In this document: positions 12,606 through 22,324 of the stretch, piece after piece | Numbering within the stretch: the stretch's first letter is position 1 | How the letters are laid out: each line of letters opens with the position of its first letter | NCBI GenBank assembly: GCA_054600435.1 | Contig: BAAIJX010000015.1 | Location: 310,001-374,000 of the forward strand | Direction: 5' to 3' | DNA length: 64,000 nt | Origin: Neophaeotheca triangularis | Lineage: Eukaryota | Translations under genes and position numbers: made by a program | Notes under the pieces: model-generated | What the model was told of the DNA's origin: nothing | Databases searched by the model: none | Seen by the model: only the letters and a program-made list of their open reading frames with translations

Positions 12606-13366
12606 TCAACTCTTCAAAGCCTCCAGTCGTCCTCGCATCTGCGCAAGCATTTCTTCCGTATTCTCCTCTTCCTCCTCAGCCGGCTGCTCGGGCTCAGGTG
12701 CAACAGGCTCAGTAGGTACCTGTGCCGCCGGGGTACCCACGCGATCCTTAAGGACCTCCCCAAGAACCTTGTCAACCTCCGTCTCGGCTTCTTCATCTTC
12801 GTTCTCCAGCAGCTCATTGTCCGGCAGACTGTCTCCAACCATGTCTTCAATAATGCCAGCCTTGACCAGCTCCTGGCTCAGCTCCCTCATGGTCCCCGTC
12901 AGTTCCGGAAGCTTCACAAGCATGTTCACATCCTTCATGATGCCGACAGAATTCTTGATGCTGCCCTCAATCTTGCGCATGGCGAAAGCCTCGTTGACTT
13001 GCATGCCCACACTCGCCAGAGTTGCTTTGGAGGTCGCTAGCCGTTGGGACTGTTTCCGCACTCTAAGAAGCTCACGCGCGAAGATGCGCGTTTCGGAACG
13101 GGCTTGAGCGGCTTGGGATGGGTTCCTTTGGGCCCGTTTGTTGGCTTGCAGGATGAAGTTGCGGGTTTTGGTTTCTAGGGCCTTGAGGTTTGCGAGATCC
13201 TTGTCGAGTTTGCGCGTGTTTGAGCGGAGGAGGGAGTTGCATTTTCGTTTCTGAGAGACGGAGATGTTAGATTGGCAGGCTTTGATGGCGGATGCGACAG
13301 GTGGGTGGATGAAGGTACCTGTTCCTCAGGCGATGGCCCGTAGAAGAATCGGCGCACTTCGTTCAT
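12606..13366 (-). CDS. VPS24: ESCRT-III subunit Vps24/CHMP3 (Snf7 family); exons 13366-13319 and 13250-12606
   Basis: Translation MNEVRRFFYGPSPEEQ|KRKCNSLLRSNTRKLD...SKATLASVGMQV...MRELSQELVKAGIIEDMV...MRGRLEALKS ends in a MIM-type helix. Intron 13318-13251 reads GTACCT..CTAAC..CAG. Confidence 0.93.
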
Positions 13367-13663
13367 GGTGGCCGGATGCTGTAGTAGCTAAACAGTTGGC
13401 TCATCACTGGCCTGAAGGAAGACCAGGTACAGGGCGGAGTATCAAGCAGTCATGTCGGTGCAAAGTGCGCGCAATCATGTGAAGGTGTCCACGGTGGCTA
13501 GGTACCCAAGGCTTCAGTAGTGAGAGGCCTGGAGTTGAGTGGAGGCCAATGATGGAGAGGGAGTGGGACGGCCATGGCTTGGCGTGCATGACGTCGTTGC
13601 ATATAGCATCCGCATTTTGCACTTTCGGAATGGCATTGAAAGATTGGAAGGGAACGAGCACAT

Positions 13664-13676
13664 TTCACGAAGAATC
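13664..13676. promoter_or_regulatory. Candidate heat-shock element in the VPS24/SBA1 divergent promoter
   Basis: TTCacGAAgaATC is three inverted nGAAn units with one mismatch. It lies about 300 nt upstream of an Hsp90 co-chaperone gene, with extra GAA units at 13628 and 13638. Confidence 0.35.
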
Positions 13677-13976
13677 ACAACTAGTCCTACCGTAGAGAAT
13701 TGACGTGAGCATTACCCTAATATTGACACACCAGAGGTGCAGCATCTCCGCTGGTGACGGCGGCTAACGAACAGGACCTCAAGCAGTTGACGCCGTTCGG
13801 TAGAGAAGCAGTCCACTTCCATTTCATTCTCGGAGCTTCGATCCCCAAGCAAACAGCCACGACCACTTCACCACCACTTCCAACAACAGCCTTGCCGACT
13901 TGCACACATACCATCATCTACTTCAACGCCTCTCCAACACTTACATCACTGTACAACCTTTTAAGAGACTGAAAAG

Positions 13977-14933
13977 ATGGAAGCACCAACAACCACCGAC
14001 ACCAAACAAATGGGCAAGACCTTCACCCCAGAGGGTAAGATCCGCTTCCCTCCCCAGACTCCAACCACCTGCCTGACAGTACATATGCTAATCATGTAAA
14101 AGTCCTCTGGGCCCAGCGCTCTTCCGCCACTGAGCCCGAGAAGAACGTCATCCTCCTCACAATCTCCGTGCCAGATGTCGACCCCAAGAAGATGGAACTG
14201 GACATCCAACCCACCTACCTCAAATTCTCCGGCTACTCCGCGACCGTAAAGGTAAACTACGAAGTCAAGCTGGATTTTTACGCCGAGATTGAGCCCAAAG
14301 AGACCCGTCTCAACCACAACTCGAGTAAAATCGAGATGGTGCTGCAGAAGGCTGAGGCCAAGGAGGAGTACTGGCCGAGACTGTTGAAGGACAAGGTCAA
14401 GGTGCACTTTTTGAAGACGGACTTCAACAAGGTGAGCATCCCCTTATCATACCATTCCCAAGTGGAAGGAAGTCTTGTACTGACAACTCACTCCACAGTG
14501 GGTCGACGAGGACGAGCAAAACGAGGAGCCCGAGGCCGACGACGCCATGGCGGGCATGGGCGGCATGCCCCCTGGTGCTGGCGGCGCGGGCGGCATGCCT
14601 GGTATGGGCGGCATGGGCGGTGGTGACGGTGGTTTCGGCGGCATCGACTTCAGCAAACTCGGCGGCGAAGGCGGTGGTATGGGCGGCATGGACATGAGCC
14701 AGTTGCAGGCTATGATGGGCGGCCAGGGTGGCATGCCAGGCATGGGTGGTATGGGCGGAGACGACGACGACGACGGTGATGACGATGAGGAAATGCCAGG
14801 ACTCGAGGATGAGGAGGGCAAGGCCAAGGCTGAGACGGGCTCTGGGCCAGGCTCGCAGGCTGCCGCCGGCGCTGCACCCGCGGCCGGCGCCAGCGCGACC
14901 AAGACGAGCTCGAAGATTGAGGAGGTGGAGTAG
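13977..14933 (+). CDS. SBA1: Hsp90 co-chaperone p23 (Sba1/Wos2); exons 13977-14034, 14103-14431, 14499-14933
   Basis: Signatures PEVLWAQRS, EEYWPRLLKDK and FLKTDFNKWVDEDEQ, followed by a Gly/Met-rich acidic tail. Both introns are canonical. Confidence 0.95.
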
Positions 14934-15459
14934 AGAAAAAGTCTTTGATTGTCGTTACGAACCCCCGGCGATTTCTTCCAAGGAAAGCATTTTCTATTCC
15001 GCGCATGTGGATTGACGATACCTAGAGGGCGTGCGGTCTGGCTTGAAATGATAATGTCGATGATTGCATCTTTGAGCAATATCCTGCGATTAGCTAGCAA
15101 CAACGCATTGCCGTAACGAAGTTGTATATTTGCTGCTACTCCTAAAAGCTTGCCACGGAGACATCCCGAAGAGCCTTCAGATGACCTTTCTCACAGTTTC
15201 GCCAGCGTGATGTATGTATGTATGAATAATTGAATCTTTTGTAGTCTCTCGTGTATCCGTGTAGCTCAACATCGGCAAGAAGCTTCGAAACCAACAAGCA
15301 TGTGCTTCAGACGTTGTTCCATATAGTTTCGCTAGTGTCCCTGCAGCCATATTTGCTCGTAATCGATATAGGTAAAACCCCCAATCCTCCAACTCCATCG
15401 CTTACTTTTATCTAACAGTATTGTCTCAAAAGGCCGTCGCCAACCATCCACACAGCAAA

Positions 15460-16971
15460 TCAAACCCTAGTAATCTGCACCAACGACCTCGCCGTCAACC
15501 AAGACAGCTTTCCAGGCAGAGCAATCCCAGCCCCCTCTCTTCTCCCCCTCACATCCTTCCTCTGTATCTGATCCAGCTTCCACGACCGCAGCAACCAAAC
15601 GCTAATAGTAGCGGCAATGAACATGCATCCCACAAACACCTTTGCGGACAGATACCCCGAAGCCGCGACAATCTCCAGAGCAATGGGTTCGGCGAATGTC
15701 GTCGGCAGCGACAGCGAGAGGAAGGTGACGCCAAAGACGGCCGGCAGACGCTGGAGATTCGTCACTTCGGCGGCGACGGGAGCGATGGCGCCCCAGAATA
15801 TGCCGCAGCAGGCGCCCGCGAAGAGGGCGAAGACGATCATGGTGCTGTAGGAGTCGGCGGGCACCCAGATGGCGAAGCAAAAGACGGCGCAGGAAAGGGT
15901 CACGGCGGAGGCGACGTTGATTCGGCCGAGTTTGTCGCTGGCGAAGCCAAGAGGGGGGCGCCCAAGCGCGAGGCCTAAATTGAGCATGGCGCCGATGACG
16001 GAGCCTTGGTGTTGGGTTAGGCCGATGGAGCGGGCGTAGCTGGGCAGTGAGTAGAGGAGGGTTATGTAGCCGAGCTCGGTGAGGACGCCCCAGGTGATGA
16101 GCAGGACGACTTCGATGTTGAGGAATTCGCTCAGACCGAGACGGCTCTTGTTGGGTTGTTTGATGAACCTGTTGCGGTCTTTGAGTAAGAGTGCGCTGCC
16201 CGCGTTGACGGCGAGAGTGCAGAAGGCGAAGACCCGAAAGGTCCAGGCGAGGCCGAGCGTAGGGATCGCGGCGCCGGCGGCTAAACTGTAGACCAAACCC
16301 CCCAGACCTGCGCCCGCTGAAGCCAATCCCATGGCTAGACTGCGCTTGCTGCTGAACCATTGCGGACACACTGCTGTGGCTGGGATGTAGAGACAGCCCA
16401 TTCCAAGACCAAAGCACACGCCCTGCGAGAGGAACAATTGCCAGATCTCCTTGGCCGAACCGGCGGCGAACAGAGCGGCGGAAGTAACCAAAGCTCCGAG
16501 CATCATTGTCGGGCGAGTGCCCAATTTGCGAGTCAGGAAGGTGACGAATGGGGACTCGAGCAAGGCGCAAGAGATTGAAAGTCCACCGATCAGAGCATAC
16601 TGGAGCTCCGTGGCGCCGGGGAAGGTGTCTTCTGCTAGGTAGTGGGCCAGAAAAGTACCGTAGGCACCATTGACTCCCCAAGTATGGGCGTTAACGAGCA
16701 GGGTACAAGCGCACACAACCCAGCCGTAGCCTCCATTCGGCGGGATGTCTTCCACAGCAGCAAATTGCTCGGGATCAAGCGGTGGTTGGTGTTCATGGTC
16801 CGCTGTCGGAGAGCTCGATGTATTGCTATTCTTCTGCTGCTCAGACTCGAGCTGCTGGGCTTCGGTGCGAGCAACGGCGTCGATCAGGCCCGGCGTGTCG
16901 TCTTGTTCTCTGCTGGGAGCTGATTTGAGAGTTGTCATCGGGTAAAACTCGCCGGGAGTGGGATCTGCCAT
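15460..16971 (-). CDS. MFS transporter, monocarboxylate porter (Mch-like) family
   Basis: 503 aa with about 12 hydrophobic segments and motifs PPNGGYGW, QWFSSKRSLAMG and SDKLGRIN. Confidence 0.88.
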   Translation of the reverse strand: MADPTPGEFYPMTTLKSAPSREQDDTPGLIDAVARTEAQQLESEQQKNSNTSSSPTADHEHQPPLDPEQFAAVEDIPPNGGYGWVVCACTLLVNAHTWGVNGAYGTFLAHYLAEDTFPGATELQYALIGGLSISCALLESPFVTFLTRKLGTRPTMMLGALVTSAALFAAGSAKEIWQLFLSQGVCFGLGMGCLYIPATAVCPQWFSSKRSLAMGLASAGAGLGGLVYSLAAGAAIPTLGLAWTFRVFAFCTLAVNAGSALLLKDRNRFIKQPNKSRLGLSEFLNIEVVLLITWGVLTELGYITLLYSLPSYARSIGLTQHQGSVIGAMLNLGLALGRPPLGFASDKLGRINVASAVTLSCAVFCFAIWVPADSYSTMIVFALFAGACCGIFWGAIAPVAAEVTNLQRLPAVFGVTFLSLSLPTTFAEPIALEIVAASGYLSAKVFVGCMFIAATISVWLLRSWKLDQIQRKDVRGRREGAGIALPGKLSWLTARSLVQITRV

Positions 16972-18007
16972 GGTCGCAGTGGCCTAGCAACGAATTGCGT
17001 GGTAGAATTGTCTCGAAGAAGAAGAAGAAGAAGGGCGTCGAGAATGAAAAGGCATCATGATAAGTAGCAGAGCGATAGGTAGGTACATGGGTACTTGATC
17101 TGTTATTACTCACCCACGCGGCACGCCCACCTCCGCAGTCATCTCATCTCTGTCCGCGCCCTCCACCCCCTCCTCTGAGCTGGGCACTCGACAGCCACTA
17201 CTACCTTGTTACTACCTAGGTAGCAGTTACCAGGAATGTTCAAGTGAAGGAGATGCAGTGGGTTGTGATTGGACAACCACGGTCCATGGTGACGAAGCAG
17301 GGACTTGGCTGGTTAGGAAGGCCGCATGGCCGCCATGTCTGTTGTGGTGGAAGAGGCAGTAGACGACGACGAGTACCATTGTCTTCCGAGGTCGGTCGGC
17401 TTGGCTGGACTTGTTGCATGTGCGATGACGGGATGGAAGTTGCAAGTTGGACGGTGCAGGTGCTGTAGACGGTCTGAGGTTGATAATAGGTACTACCTAT
17501 AAGGTACCTCCTTGAGTTACCTCCCGATCATACCTACATAGGTATGGAGGACAAGGTTGTGGTCGAGGTCAAGGTCACGCTGCTTAAGGGGCAGTGCGGG
17601 GACGTGTGGAGTGGAGTTATATACTGGAGTGGATGGACCTCGGGAGTATATACAGAGCATTGACCAACGACCGGATGCTCATGAAACAAACATGCATGCA
17701 TGAATATCACCATACCATACCTACCATACCTAGGTAGGAGGGTACTAATGTCTTCAGCTTTATTTCCATGAGCCTTCACGGGAATGTGATAGCAGCTTCC
17801 AATGCTGTCTACACACCCTTCCGCATTCGTATACCTTATATATATGAACAAAGAGAGGTGCACGTTTGTTGGAAGCAGGCGCATCTATGCAACAAGACCC
17901 CTCGACTTTAACTTCAAGCCCTAAGGTATTCCAGGTATTCCACCTCCTTCTCTCCTTTCCAACGTCCCCATAACCTGGAATCATGCGCCCTCCACGACAG
18001 TATTAGC

Positions 18008-19165
18008 ATGCGCCTTCGCTTCCCACGACTGCCCCAACGCGCAGTAAAACTCCTGCGTCTGCTCCTCCTCGCCTCACTCCTCGCCTTCTCCGTCGGCCTC
18101 CTCATTCGCTATGGCTACGAACAACACATCCGCCACGAGACCGAAACCCAGCGCTACAGCTCCCTCTCCCGCACCGGCAACACCCTGAACCCCAACACGG
18201 CTACCAAATTGTGCGCCAAAAGCGCCCTCCAGCCCTATCATCCGGGTAGAAACTACCGCAAAATCTATGACTTGTTCGTACTAGACCACGAGCTCGACTG
18301 GCTGGAGATACGGTTGCACACCTTGAGCGCATACGTAGACTACTTCGTCATCGTTGAAACCGCCACAACAGCCGCGGGACATAAGAAGCCTTTATACCTG
18401 CGCGAGAACTGGGCCCGTTTCGAGCAATGGCACCACCAAGTCATACCCCACGTTTTCGAACAGGACCCAACCGACCATAGACGTCCTGGTCTTGAAGACC
18501 GCATGCGCGATGCGCTCTTCGACCAAATCTTCCCGACCCTACCAAGCACCCCGCGAGCCGCGAACCCCGGCGACGTTCTCCTCGTAAGCGACGTCTCCGA
18601 GCTCCCCAAACCCTCGAGCCTCGTGACGTTACGGAACTGTGATATCCCCCGGCGTGTGACGTTGGAGAACCAGCACTACCACTACAGTTTCCAATGGCGG
18701 CAGAAGAATCCGGTACAGTGGTCGTACCCGCAAGTCACAATTTACGGCGGCCTGGGTCATGGGACTATTTACCCAACTGACTTAAGAAACGATCGGGGCG
18801 GACACGGGTGGTTGTGGTTCCTGCTCGGGGGAATGCAGAGACGGTACGAGAAGATGGCACTACCGGACGCGGGTTGGTACTGCGAGCACTGCTACGGCAC
18901 CATTGCTGAAGTCAGGGGCGCGATGGGTAGATTTGAGGAAGAACTGAACACTGCAAAGAACCGGCGCGCCGATAGTATTGTGGTGAGGGTCAGGAAGGGG
19001 CAGGATTTGTTTGGCCGGGAGGGCCAGGTGACTGACAGGGTTGAAAGGAATCAGGATGTGCCGGGTTATATTTTGCAGCATGCCGCGAGGTTCAAACATT
19101 TGCTTGATAGGGACGGGCATACCGCGGGCTTTGAGGACTATGTTGAGGCGAAGAGAGAGGATTGA
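18008..19165 (+). CDS. Glycosyltransferase family 17 (GnT-III/MGAT3-like), type II membrane protein with a degenerate DxD motif
   Basis: N-terminal TM anchor, RKIYDLF..ELDWLEIRL..VDYFVIVE, GDVLLVSDVSELP and GWYCEHC. Confidence 0.85.
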   Translation: MRLRFPRLPQRAVKLLRLLLLASLLAFSVGLLIRYGYEQHIRHETETQRYSSLSRTGNTLNPNTATKLCAKSALQPYHPGRNYRKIYDLFVLDHELDWLEIRLHTLSAYVDYFVIVETATTAAGHKKPLYLRENWARFEQWHHQVIPHVFEQDPTDHRRPGLEDRMRDALFDQIFPTLPSTPRAANPGDVLLVSDVSELPKPSSLVTLRNCDIPRRVTLENQHYHYSFQWRQKNPVQWSYPQVTIYGGLGHGTIYPTDLRNDRGGHGWLWFLLGGMQRRYEKMALPDAGWYCEHCYGTIAEVRGAMGRFEEELNTAKNRRADSIVVRVRKGQDLFGREGQVTDRVERNQDVPGYILQHAARFKHLLDRDGHTAGFEDYVEAKRED

Positions 19166-19952
19166 TGGGGGGAAGGGGATGGCAATCAGGGGGAGCGGGT
19201 CGCTGCTGAGACGGAATTTGCGCCAGTTGAACTCGTCGCTGCCGACGGGGTTTTGGTAGGGAAACGATAGGCTCTCGAGAAACTGTGGCTCCAGATCAGC
19301 ACAGTTTGGGAACGGAGCCTCCGCATCACAATCTCCTGGCCAGTCGCCGAGGGGTCGCAACACTAGTCAAGTTATTCATATATATATTAGATCCGCCACG
19401 TGCATTAAAGTACAGGAAGTATACCACAACGAAGCAGCGGCAGAGCCCAAATTGCCCGGTTTACCAAGAACAATCACTAAGCAACCTACTATGTACATGC
19501 AGCGTCCACGGACAGTGTCAATACTATTTAGTGCGCCCGAACACAAACACTGACCCTAGCCTCATCTGGACAACTATCTTGGCATACACTACACCCGAGC
19601 AACCTCACTTCTTCACTTTGAGCTTCACTACATCTCCATTCACGAAGAACCTACCCAGACGTCGTGCTTTTCGGACGGTGGAGATAGAAGAGCGTACAGC
19701 ATCGTGGTGGGTGAGGGAAATTTACAACCAGTGGAAAAGCTAGGCGTACACTCAAATAGGCAAAACAGACTGAGCCAGCTGCCTTCAAGACTTTTCCCTT
19801 TCCAATCTTAGCACATTGAGAGAGTGTGTGATTTTTGAAATTTGCAACTCCAAGACACCATTCATTCGTTTCCCGCGTGGACCTTCGAAAGGTACTAACG
19901 CAAGCTTCCGCAGGCCATTATTGGCCGCTCTCAACCTCTCATCCAGCTCGAT

Positions 19953-21422
19953 ATGGCTCTGCCAGGTCTTTCACTTCCCGGACTCGGGTCCTCAGCGACA
20001 CCCAACGCCCAGTCTTCTGCTTTCGCCGCTCCGCAGCAAGCGACTGCGCAAGGGCCTCGCATCGAGAATCTGGAATCACGGACGGAATACAGATTTGAGA
20101 TCCCCTTCTCCGCTACATACACGATCAAGGTGGTTTCAGGTCACGCCGAGATCTTCGGGTCCGAGTTGGCAGTTGGTCAGCCGTATAACTTCTCCGGATG
20201 CAAAGGCGCTGTCTTTACGTGGCAAGGATGCACGTTGGAAATACAAGGAGAGTCGGAGAGCGAATACGTGGGCTCGGAAACGGACTATGCCATAGAATGG
20301 CTCAACGCGCATGGGATGCTGGAGGGCGCAAGGGACACAGCGACTCAAGAACACGGTGGCCCAAGGGTGCTCATTGTGGGTTCGGAAAGTGTAGGCAAGA
20401 GCAGTCTCGTCAGGAGTCTGACCGCTTGGGGCGTGAAGCTCGGACGCTCACCCACGGTTGTGAACCTCGACCCGCGAGAGGGCCTTCTCACCCCACCTGG
20501 TAGCTTGACCGCAGTTACTGTAGCGAATTCTCTGGACATAGAACACAATTATGGCACCACGCCCATCTCAGGCCCAACTGCTGTGCCGACCAAGACGCCC
20601 CTGGTCTACTCTTACCCCTGCGCCACCCCCAATGAGAAGCCCGACCTCTACAAAGCCATCACTACCCGCATGGCGCTGAGCGTAACAAACAAGTTGGAAG
20701 AAGACGCAGCAGCCAAGCGTAGCGGCTTGATCCTCGATACCCCCGGCGCGCTGAACGACCCAAAGTCGAACTACGATCTGCTGGCCCATCTGATTTCCGA
20801 ATTCAGCATCACTTTGATCCTTACAATGGGTTCTGAGCGACTCTTCAACGATCTCAGCAGAAAGTTCGGCACTGCCAAGGCTGGCGAAGACGCACCGACC
20901 GTGCTGCGGATCGCCAAACCCGGAGGTGCTGTCGAGCGAGACACACAGTTCTTGAAACAGCTCCGTACGCAGCAGATGCGACAGTACTTTTTTGGAACGC
21001 CCGCTACACCCTTGAATCCACATAGCCACTCGGTGCCATTCTCTGATCTGGCTGTGTACCGCACCAAGAAGACAGCCGCTGAAGCCAGCGCCGAGAACGA
21101 CGATGACGATGAATACAACCCCACCCTAGATCCCGACGCGCCCGCTGCCCCCTCAGCAGCTGTTGACACGTCAGGGATATTCTTTGACCGTGTCACGCCG
21201 AGCGCTGCCATGACCGGAGGTCTTTTGGCCATCAAGTTCTGCCCCGGGAATAGCGAAGAGGACACTGTGAGAGATTCCGCCGTGCTGGGTTTCTTGTACG
21301 TGAGCGAGATCGACGAGACGAAGAAGCGGGTTAGGTTTCTCGCGCCGCATCCACAGAGATGGGGAGACAGGGCACTGGTTTGGGGTGGGTGGCCTGAAGC
21401 TGTGGGGGATTTGGTGGGGTGA
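19953..21422 (+). CDS. CLP1: mRNA cleavage/polyadenylation factor Clp1 (P-loop polynucleotide kinase fold)
   Basis: EYRFE, AEIFGSEL, Walker A GSESVGKSS, VNLDP, Walker B LILDTPG, KPGGAVER..RQYFFG. Confidence 0.93.
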   Translation: MALPGLSLPGLGSSATPNAQSSAFAAPQQATAQGPRIENLESRTEYRFEIPFSATYTIKVVSGHAEIFGSELAVGQPYNFSGCKGAVFTWQGCTLEIQGESESEYVGSETDYAIEWLNAHGMLEGARDTATQEHGGPRVLIVGSESVGKSSLVRSLTAWGVKLGRSPTVVNLDPREGLLTPPGSLTAVTVANSLDIEHNYGTTPISGPTAVPTKTPLVYSYPCATPNEKPDLYKAITTRMALSVTNKLEEDAAAKRSGLILDTPGALNDPKSNYDLLAHLISEFSITLILTMGSERLFNDLSRKFGTAKAGEDAPTVLRIAKPGGAVERDTQFLKQLRTQQMRQYFFGTPATPLNPHSHSVPFSDLAVYRTKKTAAEASAENDDDDEYNPTLDPDAPAAPSAAVDTSGIFFDRVTPSAAMTGGLLAIKFCPGNSEEDTVRDSAVLGFLYVSEIDETKKRVRFLAPHPQRWGDRALVWGGWPEAVGDLVG

Positions 21423-22324
21423 TATTGCGCAGTATTGACTGTGATTGCGGAATACGAGAAGGGCTACTTTTGAGGCGGCGCTCCATTACACCTTTTCCCG
21501 CCTCGAACGTCAAGCGTCTGTCAAATCAGAAACTAGGACGACAGGGCACGCTACAGAGACCAGCAGTCCCGCAGGCACTTGGAGCGTAATGCCAGTTCGG
21601 GGAGGTCCCAAGCAGGGCAGATTGCATAAGCCTGCCTCTCAGCTGAGAGATGCATACCGCGAAGGGCGTCCCTGGGCGTTGCGCCGCTAAATGGTAGCAT
21701 CTACATCATTGGCAATGGTACTAGGGCTGATTGCGGGACCACAGGATCAAACGCCAGGATCAGACACGATAGGTACATATCCATCCTTTTCATTTCAGCT
21801 AAGGTAGATAACATAACGTACTCAGTACTCATCCTATCGGATTTGCTCAAGCTCGTAAGATGCCTATGTCTTAGCCTCTGCTTGTGCCAAGTTCTTGCCC
21901 TCTCACTTTCACCTGGAATTCATTATAATCGCGCAGGTGACGCCCTTTTTCGATGCTGTCCGAGTGTTACCCCCATGTGATAGACGATTCGATGAGAGTA
22001 GTGAACACCATGAAGGTTGTAAAGCTGGGTTATATTATGGGGAAGTGCGGGGCCACGTGCATGCACACGCTCGCGATGTCTTTCTTCCCTCTGCATCATC
22101 CAAACCTTCCTCTCCAACTGAAGAGATGATCTACGCCTATGCACCACTATAATTGTCGGTATATGACGGCTTCTGATCGAAACGGAGGATTGTCCTCCGA
22201 TGGTAACCATCAGCCAGTTTGACGTATTGACTGACCCCCATATGCTTCTCTGAGCCGATGCATACATAAACAAATGGATTTCGTCAATCGAGGGCTTTCC
22301 CCGGTAGGACAAAAGCAGTCAACA

